Both the position numbers and the translations under genes were made by a program. Positions 19,858 to 29,751 of a stretch of 64,000 nt of DNA are shown here, piece by piece. Under the pieces are notes generated by a model. The model had not been told where the DNA came from. It made no database searches and saw nothing but the letters and a program-made list of their open reading frames with translations. The stretch comes from Polyangiales bacterium (GTDB lineage: Bacteria; Myxococcota_A; Polyangia; Polyangiales; Polyangiaceae), in assembly GCA_038230375.1 (NCBI GenBank), contig JBBRNJ010000038.1:14721-78720 (forward strand), written 5' to 3'. How positions within the stretch are numbered: the stretch's first letter is position 1; every line of letters starts with the position of its first letter.

Positions 19858-20412
19858 TCACAGACTCGGGGGCAGCGTGTTCGGGTCGTCTGCGAAGTAG
19901 ATGTGGCCGGGCGACTCGGTCCCGGTGGGATCGTGATGGCAGCTTGCGCACGAACCGTCGCGCCCCACGTGGGAGTACATGACCTTTCCGGCGCCCATGG
20001 GTGCGCTCGGGTGGCTGATCTTGACGTGAACGGGATACGCGGGCGTGAACTCGTCGGAGTGGAGGAAGAAGTTGCCCGCGGCGTTGGTGGTGGCGTCGAT
20101 GCCCTTGCTGTTCTGGTCCGGGTAGGCCACGGAGTCCTTCAAGTTGACGACCACGCCGCTCAGCGGGTCCGTCTTGCCGATCAGCGCGAACACGGTGCCC
20201 GCCAGGCTGAATGCTGACTTCGCGGGGCCGCGGCCGCCATGACACGCCAGGCACGGCTGTCCCGGACGATGCAATGGGCCCATGGGCACCTTGGGGTTCT
20301 CCGGGCCGAGCGCGGACACGAGATCGTCATGCACGGGATCGCCGCATGCGTTGCCCAGCATCATGAAGGCGCAGAGCGCAGCCAGCACCACGATGGAGAG
20401 GTTCGCTCTCAA
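19858..20412 (-). CDS. Diheme cytochrome c lipoprotein
   Basis: Lipobox GNAC, HRPGQPCLACH and GSCASCH around a beta-sandwich insert. Confidence 0.8.
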   Translation of the reverse strand: MRANLSIVVLAALCAFMMLGNACGDPVHDDLVSALGPENPKVPMGPLHRPGQPCLACHGGRGPAKSAFSLAGTVFALIGKTDPLSGVVVNLKDSVAYPDQNSKGIDATTNAAGNFFLHSDEFTPAYPVHVKISHPSAPMGAGKVMYSHVGRDGSCASCHHDPTGTESPGHIYFADDPNTLPPSL

Positions 20413-21788
20413 AAGTTCACCTCCAGCGTGAAGGCGCCCAGCGCGGCGAGACGGCTCTGGATGTAGATGTCGTCCGGATACGAGGTGTAGGTCACGTACG
20501 TGTCGAGGCCGAGCCCGACCTTGTGAGGATCCCCGCTCCCGCCGACGTAGACGCGGAGGTACGTTCCACCGCTCACGCTGGTGAGCGGGCCGAGCTCGCG
20601 GTCACCGGTGCGAAGCGTGGGGAGATCCTCCACGCCCTTGGAGACGTACGCGCGCTGCCAGAAATTCACGGGTGTCTGCGCGTGAAGGCGCACGTGCGGG
20701 CCGAGCGTGATGCGCTGCCCCAGGTCGGCGAGGAAGCGGATGTCCGTGGTGGTTGCCTTGATGCCCCAGCTGTCCGTGTAGAGACGCTCGTCGATGCGTA
20801 GCGTGGCGCTCTCGAACCTGTTCGCGAAGCCCATCGAGAACGCGTAGCGATTGCGGGAGCCCGGCACGTGCTCGGACGCGCGCTCCGGCAAGCGGATCTC
20901 GTTCACGTGCTGCACGGACAGGCCCGGCTTCACGTCGACCCCTGGCCCGAACATCGGCACGAAGCGGTACGGCTTGGACGTGTCGCCGGTCTGCAGGATG
21001 GTGTCGTAGATGAACGTGAGGAGCGCGCGGCGGTTCAGGACGTAGCTGAGGCCCAGCTTGAACGTGTTCGTGTCCACGGGCCGGGAGAAGACCTCGAACG
21101 GCGTGCTGTTCTTGCCGGCGATGTCGTGGCCATAGGTGTAGCCAAGGAGGATCGAGGCGTTCTTCTCGAAGATGTCGTAGGTGCTCGCGCCGCCGATTGT
21201 GTAGGCCAGGTAGTCGGGCTCACGCGACACGGAGGCGTACACGTTGGCGCCCAGATCGCCCGGCTTGTACTCGCCTGCAAGGCCGCCGGCGTGGCGCACC
21301 TCCTCGTAGCGCGGTGAGGCCGTGGACACGATGTCTGCAGAGGCAGCGGACACCACATCCACGAGGTAGCTGCCGCTGACGCTCCAGCCGCCTGTCGGGT
21401 TGTAGACGGCGCCGTAGATGCTTGGCGTGAAGACGGTGACGCGCTCCGTGTCCGTGTATGCGCCCATCTCGGTGCCGACGCGGGCGCTGACGTTGCTCTC
21501 CTTCGGCTTCTCGTCGTCCTTCTTCTTCTCCTTCGCCGGGTCGTCGGGCTTCTTCTCCGCTTCGACGGGAGGAGGAGGAGGTTCGGCAGCAGGAGGAGGG
21601 GGTTCGGCAGCAGGAGGCTCTGGCGGTGCGACGCTCGCGCTCGGCGTGGCCTTGGGCTTCTTCTTCTTGGGTGGCGCTCCCGTGGTCTGCGCGTCCGCGC
21701 TCTGCGCGTGCGCCAGCAGGAAGCCGCTCATGGTCGCGCAGCCGAGCACGAGCCACCCGAGACGCGAAGCAACCCGGCCGACGCTCAT
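20409..21788 (-). CDS. DUF3570 family protein (putative outer-membrane beta-barrel)
   Basis: VDVVSAAS.D, SREPDY, PYR and YTDSWGI motifs, terminal Phe, adjacent to a DUF4266 gene. Confidence 0.85.
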   Translation of the reverse strand: MSVGRVASRLGWLVLGCATMSGFLLAHAQSADAQTTGAPPKKKKPKATPSASVAPPEPPAAEPPPPAAEPPPPPVEAEKKPDDPAKEKKKDDEKPKESNVSARVGTEMGAYTDTERVTVFTPSIYGAVYNPTGGWSVSGSYLVDVVSAASADIVSTASPRYEEVRHAGGLAGEYKPGDLGANVYASVSREPDYLAYTIGGASTYDIFEKNASILLGYTYGHDIAGKNSTPFEVFSRPVDTNTFKLGLSYVLNRRALLTFIYDTILQTGDTSKPYRFVPMFGPGVDVKPGLSVQHVNEIRLPERASEHVPGSRNRYAFSMGFANRFESATLRIDERLYTDSWGIKATTTDIRFLADLGQRITLGPHVRLHAQTPVNFWQRAYVSKGVEDLPTLRTGDRELGPLTSVSGGTYLRVYVGGSGDPHKVGLGLDTYVTYTSYPDDIYIQSRLAALGAFTLEVNF

Positions 21789-22012
21789 CAGTTACAGCCG
21801 CAACCGCTCTCAGCCGAGGCGCCGCCACCGACGGCGCCTTCGTGAACCGCGCGTACGTGCGCCTCGCTCGGTCCTGCGAGATCGCCAGAGGTCATCGTCG
21901 GGTGCGCGAGGATCCCGCGCTCGTACGACGCGACATGCACGCAACCCGAGGCGAGCAGCGAGAGCGCGACGAGGAAAGCGGCGGGCACGAGGCCCGGTTC
22001 CAAAGCCTTCAT
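21788..22012 (-). CDS. DUF4266 family lipoprotein
   Basis: SGCVHV..YERG.LA.P.M...HV..VHEGAVGG...GCGCN. Confidence 0.88.
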   Translation of the reverse strand: MKALEPGLVPAAFLVALSLLASGCVHVASYERGILAHPTMTSGDLAGPSEAHVRAVHEGAVGGGASAESGCGCN

Positions 22013-22064
22013 GGGCCGTACAGTACCTCGCTCGTCCCCGGATCAGGCAACATCCATCCGCGGG

Positions 22065-24365
22065 TCATTCCTTGGGAACGTTCACCTTCTTCAGAAGGTC
22101 CGCCAGGGTTCCAAATTTCGCCTCTCGCTTCACTTGCGCGCGGTACTGCTGGAACGCGTTGCGCTCGCTGTCCTCGTTGACGGCCTTGATGGAGAGCCGC
22201 ATGTCGCCGCGGCGGGGGTCGATCTCGGTGATCTTCGCCTCGATCTCCTTGCCCACCGGGTAGATCTTGCGGAGCTCCGCGCCCTTTGGTGCGCCGGTCC
22301 CGGCGCCCGTGATGAAGCCACGCGCGCTGCGGCCGGTGGCGCCCAGGACGCGGACGACCAGGCCGTTGGCCTCGATCGCGACGACCTGGACCTTCACGAC
22401 CTTGTGGATCTGGACGCGCTGCGGGGTCTCGCCTGATGCCTCGCCCGTGGGCGCGGGATGCAGGCCGATCTTGTGATGCATCGGGTCCACCTGCGCGACG
22501 ACGACGTCGATCGGATCGCCGACCTTCACCACTTCGCTGGGGTGGTCGATGCGCTTCATCGATAGGTCGGCCGTATGGATGAGTCCATCCACGCCCGGCT
22601 CGAGCTCGATGAACGCACCAAACGGTTGGAGGCGGGCGATCTTGCCCGTGTGCTTGCTGCCCGGCGCGTACTTCTCTGCGACGGCGCTCCACGGATCCTG
22701 GATGGTCGCGCGGTGGGAGAGCCAGAGCTTTCCCTTCTCGTCCACGCGAAGGATCTTCACCATGGTCTTGTCGCCGACCTTGAAGACATCGCGCGGGGTA
22801 TCGCCGCGGTTGTGGCTCATCTCGGAGAGAGGCACCAGGCCCTCGACTCCACCGACATCCACGAACGCGCCGAACTGCACGACCGTGCGCACGGTGCCCT
22901 CGACCGTCGCGCCGATCTCGAGCTTCTTCAGCGCCTCTTCGCGGTTCTCCTTCGCGGTCTCCTCGAGCATCGACTTGCGCGAGAGCACGATGTTGTGCCC
23001 GCGCTTGCCATACTCCGTCACCGCGAACGGCATGCGATTGCCGACGAAGTGATGAAGGTCCGCGCCCAGACGAAGATCCATGTGCGAGCCCGGCACGAAG
23101 CCGCGCAGGCCGTCAACGTCGACCTCGATGCCGCCCTTGATCACGCCCGTGACGATGCCCCACACGAGCGTCTTGTCGCGGAACGCTGCCGACACGAGCG
23201 GCTTCGCGCGAGATGCGCGCTTCGGGTGGTGCGTGAGCACGACGAGACCACCACGGCCTCCGTCGTTGTGGACCACGCCGACGAACGGCGCGCCCGGCTC
23301 CAGGATGACGCGGGGCAGCTGCGGCTGGGGCTTCTCGGCCACGTCCGAGGCCTTCTCGGCGACCTCCGGTGCCTTCTCGGCGACCTCTGGTGCCTTCACC
23401 GTTGCGGCTTCGGCGGTGACCGGTCCGCCTTCGCTCGTCTGTGCAAGGCTTTCGTCGACGTTGGCCTCGGTTGCTCCTTCGGGAGCGGCCTCGGCCGGCT
23501 CCGCGAGATTGCTCTCGACGGCGCTTGCCTCGGCGGTGGTGGCGAGCGCAGCCTCATCAGCTTCGTGCTCTTCCTCTTCGGCGGGCGCCTGAGCGTCGTC
23601 CTCGTCGGTGATGAGGAGCTCGCGCAGATCGAAGATCGCCTTCGCCTTGCCGGAGAGGTCGATGAAGATCACATCGTCGTTGAACTCGAGCACCTTTCCG
23701 AACACCACGTCACCGTGGTTGAACGCAGGACGCTCGCGCTCCTCGTGGGGCCTGTTGTCCTTCTTCTTGCGATCGCCGCGATCGTGCTTTCGCTCACCAC
23801 CTGCGTGATGGACCTGCGGAAGCGGCTGACCGTCGGGGCCGAGCTGGGGGGCCGGGGGCGGACCACCTTCATGTTGCCCTTCGTGGTGCTCGCCGTCCGC
23901 ATGCGCGACTTCGCGACGCGGGGCGTGCTGCATCTTCGGCGTGCCGTCCTCGTTCAGGGCCGGCGTGCCGTCCTCGTTCAGGACCGCGATCATCTCGGCC
24001 GTCTTCTTCTTGCGACGACGACGACGACGCTTCTTCTTGGTGCCGTCGGGGTTCAGCGCAGCAACGCCGGGCTCGCCAGCAGCTTTCGCTTCGCCTTCGC
24101 CCTCGCCTTCTTCGCCATCCTCACCGTCATCACCGTCGTGATCACCTTCATGAGCCTCGCCTGCCGGAGCAGATGCGGTGGCCTCAGGTGCGGCGGGTGC
24201 GGGGGCTGGGGCGGCTGCGGCGTCAGGGGCCGGTGCCGGGTGAGCTGCAGCAACGACTGCAGCGGAAGGCATGGTCTTGGGAGGGCGGTCCTGGTCGGGA
24301 ACGCTGGACTCCGCCTCATCCGAAGGAGAGGCAGGGGTCACGTCTGGTTGTTGCTCGGTGCTCAT
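22065..24365 (-). CDS. S1 RNA-binding domain protein (bS1-like) with long disordered N-terminus
   Basis: Multiple S1 repeats (FGAFVDVGGVEGLV, FGAFIELEPGVDGLIH) and C-terminal FGTLADLL. Confidence 0.9.
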   Translation of the reverse strand: MSTEQQPDVTPASPSDEAESSVPDQDRPPKTMPSAAVVAAAHPAPAPDAAAAPAPAPAAPEATASAPAGEAHEGDHDGDDGEDGEEGEGEGEAKAAGEPGVAALNPDGTKKKRRRRRRKKKTAEMIAVLNEDGTPALNEDGTPKMQHAPRREVAHADGEHHEGQHEGGPPPAPQLGPDGQPLPQVHHAGGERKHDRGDRKKKDNRPHEERERPAFNHGDVVFGKVLEFNDDVIFIDLSGKAKAIFDLRELLITDEDDAQAPAEEEEHEADEAALATTAEASAVESNLAEPAEAAPEGATEANVDESLAQTSEGGPVTAEAATVKAPEVAEKAPEVAEKASDVAEKPQPQLPRVILEPGAPFVGVVHNDGGRGGLVVLTHHPKRASRAKPLVSAAFRDKTLVWGIVTGVIKGGIEVDVDGLRGFVPGSHMDLRLGADLHHFVGNRMPFAVTEYGKRGHNIVLSRKSMLEETAKENREEALKKLEIGATVEGTVRTVVQFGAFVDVGGVEGLVPLSEMSHNRGDTPRDVFKVGDKTMVKILRVDEKGKLWLSHRATIQDPWSAVAEKYAPGSKHTGKIARLQPFGAFIELEPGVDGLIHTADLSMKRIDHPSEVVKVGDPIDVVVAQVDPMHHKIGLHPAPTGEASGETPQRVQIHKVVKVQVVAIEANGLVVRVLGATGRSARGFITGAGTGAPKGAELRKIYPVGKEIEAKITEIDPRRGDMRLSIKAVNEDSERNAFQQYRAQVKREAKFGTLADLLKKVNVPKE

Positions 24366-24414
24366 GGGGTTCTTCTCGCGAAGTTGTCGAAGCGGAACTC
24401 TCGAAGGAGGGGCC

Positions 24415-26010
24415 TCAGGCAGCAGCGCGTGGTTTGGGTGCGATCACGTCATAGGCGAGCCCGTGGGCCGCCAGGCGGTTCTGGTAGTAGAAGAGAAGGC
24501 GCGTGTCGTAAAGAAGCAGGTCGCTCCCTCGTGGAGAAAGGACCTCGTTGGTGTGGTAGCCCGCGAACGCCCTGAGCGCGTCGCGGAGCACCTCATCACC
24601 TGCTTTGTGGGCCAGACCGGGGCCAAGAACCAGCTTTCCGAGGCGCTCCTGCTCACGGAGCTGGCCAAGAAGGTTGTCAACGTGCTGTGCGAGCTCCGAC
24701 CGCGGAACACGCACGTCGTCGCGGTGACGAAGAATGGCGAAGACGTCGCCCTTCGGGACGGAACGGGTCAAGCAACCAAACGCGGCGGCGGCAACGACGT
24801 GCGTTGCCAGGACCACGGTGTTCTCCTTGAAGCGCTCGCAGATGCGCTCACCTAGCTCGCGCGTGTACTCCGCGTCGCGCAGGTGGTCGCGGCAGGCGCG
24901 TCCGCTCTTGTTCATCAGGTACGACTCGGTGGGGACGACGCGACCGTTCGGGTCGAGCGAGTTGCCGTCGTCGTCGACGTTGTTGCCGAAGCAGTCGAGC
25001 GGCGGAGCGAACCGGATCACGCAGGCTGCGTCCAGGCCGAGCAGCTTCTGCATGAAGGCCGCCACGCGCCCGACGCGCGTCGACTCGTCGTCCTCGATGA
25101 TGTAGCGGGCCTTGCCCTCTTCCTCGAGGAAGTCGTCGATCAGGCTCTCGGCCTCGAGCGTGAGCAGGTAGTTGATGGTCGCCGGGATGAAATAGACGGG
25201 CTGCGGGCGCCCTTCCTCCACACTGCGTCCATACGCGTCGATCGCCGTTCCCGCGAGCCCCAGCTTCAGCTTCCGCTCCACGCCGCCCGAGCGCGAGCGC
25301 GTGCCGCCCGGGAAGAACAGCGAGTGATACCCCCGCTCGATCAGCACCTGCGAGTACTGCTTCAGGACATCCTTGTAGAGTACATGCTTCAGGCGGCGGT
25401 CGACGCGGTAGGCGCCAAGGTTGTGCATGAAGTAGCTGAGCACCGGGTTCGTGAAGAGGTTCTTGCCGGCGCCATAGGTGGCAGGCGGAAGACCGGCGCG
25501 CTCGAGCGCGAAGCCGAACACCACGGAGTCCAGGTTGGAGAGGTGCGTGGGCGTGAAGACGAGCGTGCCCTTCTCCGCCAGGCGCTTGATCTGTTCGCGT
25601 GGCCCTTCGACGAGGATACGGCTGTCGAGCCCGGTCAGATCCAGCGAGTGCGGAAGGTTCTTCAGCGTGGAGCGCGGCGAGAGCATCGCGCCAAGGAGCG
25701 GGGCCATCGCCTTGGAGGCGAACTTGTAGACGCGCGGGTCGAAGTTGCCCGCGACGTCCCAGGCGTACTCCGTGGCGAGCTTCTCGACGTTCTCCAGGGC
25801 TTCCGCCTCGTTCATGCGGCCGAGCTTCTGGGCGAGGTGCCGGAAAGAGGCGTACTTCGGCCCCCCCTGCTTCTCCAGGCGGCGCATCTCGAGGTAGGCG
25901 GCCTCGCTCAGGGTGAAGATCGGGTCCTTCTGCGACCCACGGACGCGACGGACGACCTCGTCGACGATTTCGCTACGTTGCGAGTTGAACTCGAAAATCC
26001 GGGTGGTCAT
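24415..26010 (-). CDS. Glycerol-3-phosphate/phospholipid acyltransferase (PlsB/PlsC family)
   Basis: PTHLSNLD (HX4D), AGKNL, GAYRVDR and FFPGGTRSRSG motifs. Confidence 0.9.
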   Translation of the reverse strand: MTTRIFEFNSQRSEIVDEVVRRVRGSQKDPIFTLSEAAYLEMRRLEKQGGPKYASFRHLAQKLGRMNEAEALENVEKLATEYAWDVAGNFDPRVYKFASKAMAPLLGAMLSPRSTLKNLPHSLDLTGLDSRILVEGPREQIKRLAEKGTLVFTPTHLSNLDSVVFGFALERAGLPPATYGAGKNLFTNPVLSYFMHNLGAYRVDRRLKHVLYKDVLKQYSQVLIERGYHSLFFPGGTRSRSGGVERKLKLGLAGTAIDAYGRSVEEGRPQPVYFIPATINYLLTLEAESLIDDFLEEEGKARYIIEDDESTRVGRVAAFMQKLLGLDAACVIRFAPPLDCFGNNVDDDGNSLDPNGRVVPTESYLMNKSGRACRDHLRDAEYTRELGERICERFKENTVVLATHVVAAAAFGCLTRSVPKGDVFAILRHRDDVRVPRSELAQHVDNLLGQLREQERLGKLVLGPGLAHKAGDEVLRDALRAFAGYHTNEVLSPRGSDLLLYDTRLLFYYQNRLAAHGLAYDVIAPKPRAAA

Positions 26011-26140
26011 GCGTGCGCACGAGCATACAGCGGCCGCCCGGAAGCCCGCCGCGAAAATTGTTATGCAGGCCAGGGATCCGGCCCCCTCATCAACGCGTAT
26101 GAAAAGGGACCCAGGTGAGATAAATTCCAAGGCATTCCCC

Positions 26141-26977
26141 ATGAGCGACGACGCGGAGAAAGATGCGGTTCAGGAGCACGGCCCAGGTGGGGCACTCCTG
26201 CCGCACGAAGAATTGCTGGCGACGATTGGAGAATTCGTCCTCGTCGGTCGGCACGATCGCGTCGAGCTCGCGCACCTGGGCGTTCAGCCCAAGGAGGTCG
26301 CAGGCGCCGTTGGGTTCGTCCGGAACACCCTGGCTACCCTCGCGGCGACCGTCGAACCCGAGCCGCCTCCCCCCGCTCTGCGCGGACGGTTGATGGCGAC
26401 CCTGGCCGGGAAGGCAAAGCTCAAGCGGAGCGCGTTGCTGGTCATTGACATGATCAAGGACCACCTGGAGCCCGGCAGGCCCCTCGAGGTGCCGCGCGCC
26501 CGTGACGTGGTGCCCGCGCTGTCCCGACGTCTGGACGCGGCACGCGCCGCAGGAATACCCGTCATCTACATCATCGACGAGCACGACGCCGACGATCCCG
26601 ACCTGGAGGAGTGGGGCGGTCACGCCGTGAAGGGCACCGACGGCAGCGACGTGTGGCCGCCACTCGCGCCGAAGCCCGGCGACAAGATCGTGCACAAGAG
26701 CGCGTACAGCGCGTTCTTCGAGACCAAGCTCGCAGGCGTGCTCGACGAGCTCGGCGTGGAGTCGCTGGTGCTCACCGGCTGCATGACCGAGATCGGAATC
26801 ATGTCCACCGCCACGGATGCGATGCAGCGTGGCTTCGACGTGAGCGTGCCCGCGGACTCGCAGGCAGGCGGCACGGCGGTGTCGGAGCAGAGCACGCTCG
26901 GCGCGCTCGGGCTCATGGCCCCGTACGGACCGGCGCGAAAGAAGCTGCTCACTTCTCTGGAGGCGCGGGCCGCCTAG
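26141..26977 (+). CDS. Isochorismatase-family hydrolase with N-terminal extension
   Basis: ALLVIDM, HKSAYSAFFET.L, GCMTEIGI and DAMQRGF motifs. Confidence 0.88.
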   Translation: MSDDAEKDAVQEHGPGGALLPHEELLATIGEFVLVGRHDRVELAHLGVQPKEVAGAVGFVRNTLATLAATVEPEPPPPALRGRLMATLAGKAKLKRSALLVIDMIKDHLEPGRPLEVPRARDVVPALSRRLDAARAAGIPVIYIIDEHDADDPDLEEWGGHAVKGTDGSDVWPPLAPKPGDKIVHKSAYSAFFETKLAGVLDELGVESLVLTGCMTEIGIMSTATDAMQRGFDVSVPADSQAGGTAVSEQSTLGALGLMAPYGPARKKLLTSLEARAA

Positions 26978-28931
26978 GGCCCGACGCCGAAGCTGTGCCG
27001 CGGCGCCACAGGATGGCGCCGAAGATCAGGAGCGCGGTGATCGTGCAGATCGAGAACACGCCAGGCGTGCTGGGCGACACGCGCATGACGATGGCGCCAG
27101 CAAGGAGCACCGCTGCGGCCGCGAACGCCCGCCGGTCGATCATCAGGGCCGCGATGAAGAGCATGGACGCAGCGATCCACAGGTCGGTCATGAGGACGGT
27201 GGCAAGGTCGTCCAGGCCGACGACCGCGGACGCGATCCGATTGACCAGCGTGAGACCGACGAGGCCCACGACCACGCCCGCCACCTGGCGGCTGTAAGCA
27301 TTTGCCAGGAGGCGCTTGCGCAGAATGATGGAAGGAACGCTCACGGTGACGAGCAGCGCGGCATCCACCTTCACAGGCAACCACAGATCGCGCAGCGTGA
27401 CGTGCCCTGGGCCGAAGAAGATGGAGATGACCACGATGGTCACGCCGAACACGCCCGCGACGATGTTCCGCGACGAGAGCCCGACGCGGGGATCTTGCGC
27501 CTGTTCGATCTCGACGAGACGCGCTTGATCGCGCTTCTTCTGCTCCTCTCGTTCGCGCACGACAGCGACGCGAGCCAGCAGCGCGGGCGGCGGTGATGAC
27601 AGCTCGCGAATGAGCGCCTCCGCGGTGTCCGCGTGTCCTTGCAAGAGCTCCAGCTCGGCCAGCGCTTCCACAGCCGCGCGCGCGCCGGCCATGGCCTCGC
27701 GTTGCGTCGGATGCTCGCGGAGGCTCTGCGCAAAGCCGAAGCGCGCCTCGGTGCCCAGACGGTACGCACCCGCAAGATCCGTCGGTGAGGTGTCATCCGC
27801 GTGCGTGAGCAGCTCGCGCAGCAAGGCGAGGCGTTCGCTCGCGGCAACGGAGAGCGCGAGCGCGGTGCGATCGTGCAAGAACTCGCTCAGCTTCTCTCGG
27901 AGGTCCTGGACGGACTGGAACCGATCCGCCGGGCTTCGCGCGGTCGCGCGATTCATGAGCTCTCCCAGGGCTGGAGGGATCTCTGGAGCGTAGCTCACCG
28001 GCGTGGACGCGATCGCCGCACGTCCGATCGCCATCAGATCTTCCCCATCGTGACGGTGGGACCCCGTGAGCATGTGGTGCAGCGTGGCACCGAGCAAGTA
28101 CACGTCGGTGCGTTCATCGATGGCTCCACCCGTGAACATCTCCGGCGCCATGTACGCCGGCGTGCCGAAGAGCCCGGGCCGCGCAGCCTCGGCCTTGCGA
28201 ACGGCGATGCCCCAGTCGAGCAAGTAGACCTCGCCGTACGAGCCGACCATCACGTTCTCTGGCTTGATGTCGCGGTGGATGATGCCGCGCGCGTGCGAGA
28301 ACTCCACGGTGCGGCAGATCTGGATCACGAGCTCCAGCTTGGCGGCGAGGAGGTCCTGCTTCGCTGTGATGCGCTCTGCCCATATGGCGTGGGACGGCTC
28401 CTCGATGAGCGACAGGAGATCCGTGCCCTCTACACGCTTCATCACCAGCAGGGGTCGCCCGTTGTCGTCTGCGCCGAACGCGTGCACCGGGATGACGCCG
28501 GGGTGCTCCAGGTGGCCCGTGATTCGAGCCTCGCGCGCGAGGGCCATGCCGGCTGCCAGATCGGCCTCGCTCTTCAGCGTCTTCACGGCCACGTCGCGAT
28601 CGAGTGAGTGCTGGCGCGCGAGATGAACGCGGCCCATGCCACCTTCGCCGAGCGTTGCGGTCACCGCGAGGTCGGGCGTGCTGGGGCCGCCCACGGCGGG
28701 CCTCGAAAGCAAGCTCTTCTCCGTGATCAGGATGCGCGGCAGCGCGGCAAGCGTGTTCTGCGCGCCGAGATCGTCGATGTCCCCACGGATGGTGGAGGCC
28801 GGATTCAGGCGGAGCGTGCCGGTGGGCGCGGATGCGCCAAGCGCGCCCAACGCGCCAGACGCCACCGTGCGAGCGTTGCCGAGCGCTGCGATGCGATCCG
28901 CAAGTGCCGCCTCTTCGTCCCTGGTGCTCAC
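26949..28931 (-). CDS. Ser/Thr protein kinase with C-terminal multi-pass membrane domain
   Basis: LGEGGMGRV, VAVK, HRDIKPEN, DWG and GTPAYMAPE motifs, then hydrophobic helices. Confidence 0.95.
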   Translation of the reverse strand: MSTRDEEAALADRIAALGNARTVASGALGALGASAPTGTLRLNPASTIRGDIDDLGAQNTLAALPRILITEKSLLSRPAVGGPSTPDLAVTATLGEGGMGRVHLARQHSLDRDVAVKTLKSEADLAAGMALAREARITGHLEHPGVIPVHAFGADDNGRPLLVMKRVEGTDLLSLIEEPSHAIWAERITAKQDLLAAKLELVIQICRTVEFSHARGIIHRDIKPENVMVGSYGEVYLLDWGIAVRKAEAARPGLFGTPAYMAPEMFTGGAIDERTDVYLLGATLHHMLTGSHRHDGEDLMAIGRAAIASTPVSYAPEIPPALGELMNRATARSPADRFQSVQDLREKLSEFLHDRTALALSVAASERLALLRELLTHADDTSPTDLAGAYRLGTEARFGFAQSLREHPTQREAMAGARAAVEALAELELLQGHADTAEALIRELSSPPPALLARVAVVREREEQKKRDQARLVEIEQAQDPRVGLSSRNIVAGVFGVTIVVISIFFGPGHVTLRDLWLPVKVDAALLVTVSVPSIILRKRLLANAYSRQVAGVVVGLVGLTLVNRIASAVVGLDDLATVLMTDLWIAASMLFIAALMIDRRAFAAAAVLLAGAIVMRVSPSTPGVFSICTITALLIFGAILWRRGTASASGPRRPAPPEK

Positions 28932-28943
28932 GCGCTCACGTTA

Positions 28944-29741
28944 TCAAGGCTTCCGCTGCGGCAGGCCCTGGAAGTAGTAGCCCTTGCCGAAGGGCGGATA
29001 TTCGTACGTCCCGTACTTCCAGTCCCAGTCTCCGCCGAACGGCGCGACCATCTCGCGCAGCTCGGCCTCCGACCAGACGCGCAGCGTGGATACCAGGCCG
29101 TCCCACATGGAGATCCCCAGGGCCGCGGGCGTGAGCCAGGTGAGCGCGGCCTTCGCCAGGTTGTCGCGTGGTGACAGGATTGGATTCAGGAGGAGCGCGG
29201 GCAGCCCGGCGAGCGCGAAGTTGGCGAACATGAGCGGGTTGCGCTCGAACCCCTCGGCAACGAAGACGCCCCGCGAGCCACGCACGGCGTCGTGAAGCAC
29301 GCCGGTGGCGAGCTCGCGCGGAAAGTGGTGGAGCACATTGATGATGCTGCGCGCGCGGCCTTCGCCCAGCTCCGCGGGCACGCGGGTCGCATCCACGGGC
29401 GCGGCCTCGAAGGCGATCGTGCCGGGCATCTCTGCGCGCGCGAGCTCCCAGGCCTCTGCGCGCGGATGCAGGTCCGTGAGCGTGAAACGTGGCGGCGTCT
29501 TCCCTTGTCGGGCGATCGCCCGCGCGAGGATCGTCGCCGGACCGCCTGCACCCGAGCCGATCTCGAGCACCTCCGTGGTGCCTGCCGATTCCAGGAAGGC
29601 CTGGAACGGCGCGACCAGGTTGTCGAGCAAGCGACCCCAGGACAGCGTGCGGCTCAGCGACTCCACCACGGTGTCGCGCACGGAGCGAGGCATCCATGAG
29701 AGGTCGTTGAACTCGAAGAGCTGCCGGCGCCGTAAGGCCAT
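28944..29741 (-). CDS. Class I SAM-dependent methyltransferase-like protein
   Basis: VLEIGSGAGGP, LTDL, VDAT and LHHF motifs. Confidence 0.8.
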   Translation of the reverse strand: MALRRRQLFEFNDLSWMPRSVRDTVVESLSRTLSWGRLLDNLVAPFQAFLESAGTTEVLEIGSGAGGPATILARAIARQGKTPPRFTLTDLHPRAEAWELARAEMPGTIAFEAAPVDATRVPAELGEGRARSIINVLHHFPRELATGVLHDAVRGSRGVFVAEGFERNPLMFANFALAGLPALLLNPILSPRDNLAKAALTWLTPAALGISMWDGLVSTLRVWSEAELREMVAPFGGDWDWKYGTYEYPPFGKGYYFQGLPQRKP

Positions 29742-29751
29742 GGGGCAATAT

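Noticed and set aside
22575..24575. Long antisense or alternate-frame ORFs (also 3168-4733, 42108-43784, 46100-48049, 60607-61518)
   Set aside because: Shadow ORFs expected in high-GC DNA opposite well-supported genes, with no motifs.
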